Shown here: in pieces, positions 63,426 to 64,000 of the stretch
Position numbering within the stretch: the first letter of the stretch is position 1
Layout: every line of letters begins with the position of its first letter
Assembly: GCA_042567505.1 (NCBI GenBank)
Contig: JBHPJW010000003.1
Location: forward strand, 7,071-71,070
Source of the DNA: Fibrobacterota bacterium
GTDB lineage: Bacteria > Fibrobacterota > Fibrobacteria > UBA11236 > JADFYW01
Length of the DNA stretch: 64,000 nucleotides
Direction of reading: 5' to 3'
Program-made: the position numbers and the translations under genes
Notes under the pieces: generated by a model
Databases searched by the model: none
Seen by the model: the letters and a program-made list of their open reading frames with translations, nothing else
What the model was told of the DNA's origin: nothing

Positions 63426-64000
63426 ATGGAAGACGGCGGATATTTTTTAAGGTTCGGAGTCGCTGTGGCAATTGGCGTGCTGGTGGGGTTCCAGCGGCAG
63501 TTTGCCATCGCCTCTCCCGACAAGGAATGTGCTCTGGGCGTGCGCACCTTCGCCTTGCTGGGACTCATCGGCTGCAGCGCCGCTCTGATTTGCGACATAT
63601 TGAAATCCCCGCTTCCTTTGGTAATCACCATTCTGGTAGTGGGAGTATTTCTGGCGGTAGATTACTACATAGAAGCCTCCAAGGAAAAAATCGGCTTGAC
63701 CACTGATGCCGCCGCCATCCTAACGGTGCTGGCCGGCACGCTGGCCTACTGGAACCATCTCACGCTTGCGGTAGCGCTGGGAGTGATAACCACGGTTCTG
63801 CTCTCAGCAAAGACGGAAATGCATAATTTCGCCGCAAAAATGACGCGGACCGATATTTTCGCCTCGCTGAAATTCGCCGTGATCACGGCCATCGTGCTGC
63901 CTGTTTTGCCCAATAAAACTTATGGAATCGAACCTTTTGACATATTCAATCCCAGGAAAATCTGGCTTCTGGTGGTTTTTATCTGCGGTATCAACTTCGT
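63426..64000 (+). CDS. MgtC/SapB-family membrane protein (DUF4010-type), 5' part running off the right edge
   Basis: Hand translation from the ATG at 63426: MEDGGYFLRFGVAVAIGVLVGFQRQFA...LGVRTFALLGLIGCSAALI...TDAAAILTVLAGTLAYW... stays open to 64000. It is not in the ORF track because no stop lies in the window. The tracked 63419 ORF is in the wrong frame. Confidence 0.7.
   Translation, partial: MEDGGYFLRFGVAVAIGVLVGFQRQFAIASPDKECALGVRTFALLGLIGCSAALICDILKSPLPLVITILVVGVFLAVDYYIEASKEKIGLTTDAAAILTVLAGTLAYWNHLTLAVALGVITTVLLSAKTEMHNFAAKMTRTDIFASLKFAVITAIVLPVLPNKTYGIEPFDIFNPRKIWLLVVFICGINF

Overview
Densely coding chromosomal window (about 89% coding by my annotation) from what looks like an uncultured Gram-negative bacterium. 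The lineage guess is inference only: three secreted proteins end in T9SS/FlgD-Ig-type C-terminal sorting domains, a TIGR02147-type protein is present, and Shine-Dalgarno use is weak, which together fit the FCB superphylum or a neighbouring candidate phylum. A sigma-54 activator argues against cyanobacteria.

Housekeeping core: dnaX-ybaB, a tusA-like gene, hemC-hemD-hemL, RNase P RNA (rnpB, hidden under three spurious ORFs), an nnr-nadK-recN-CDP-alcohol transferase operon, a fumC-like gene, gpmI, cutA, and an nfeD-nfeD-floA operon.

Accessory content:
- Glycosyltransferases (GT2, two GT4, GT32) and a DUF2334 deacetylase-like gene.
- A 1,650-aa alpha-2-macroglobulin that lacks the thioester Cys.
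- CAZyme-like and DUF362 proteins with sorting tails.
- Partner-switching-type signalling proteins and a sigma-54 two-component pair.

I found no rRNA, tRNA, CRISPR array, transposase, integrase or phage genes.

Most notable observations:
1. Nearly every intergenic spacer carries short stuttered heptanucleotide arrays (2-7 units, sometimes 8- or 9-mers). A reverse-complement array often lies 30-130 nt away, so the spacer can fold into a long hairpin. This resembles cyanobacterial STRR repeats in a non-cyanobacterial gene context.
2. An A11 run in dnaX is placed so that both alternative frames stop within 12 codons, a candidate gamma/tau recoding site.
3. A G10 tract splits a membrane-protein gene directly downstream of floA. 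G9 would restore the frame. A second G10 tract sits at the ribosome-binding position of another exported-protein gene.
4. A decayed YoeB/Txe-like toxin lies between the histidine kinase and its sigma-54 response regulator.
5. Helically phased GTAC boxes, including a perfect 22-bp palindrome, lie upstream of two neighbouring secreted-repeat-protein genes.
6. There are several unusual domain architectures: STAS-DUF2225, pseudo-receiver plus RsbW-like ATPase, a HAMP-DHp sensor with no ATPase, a tandem dead-plus-live CDP-alcohol phosphatidyltransferase, and a Tat signal combined with a T9SS-type tail.

All calls come from reading the sequence and the supplied translations. No database search was run.
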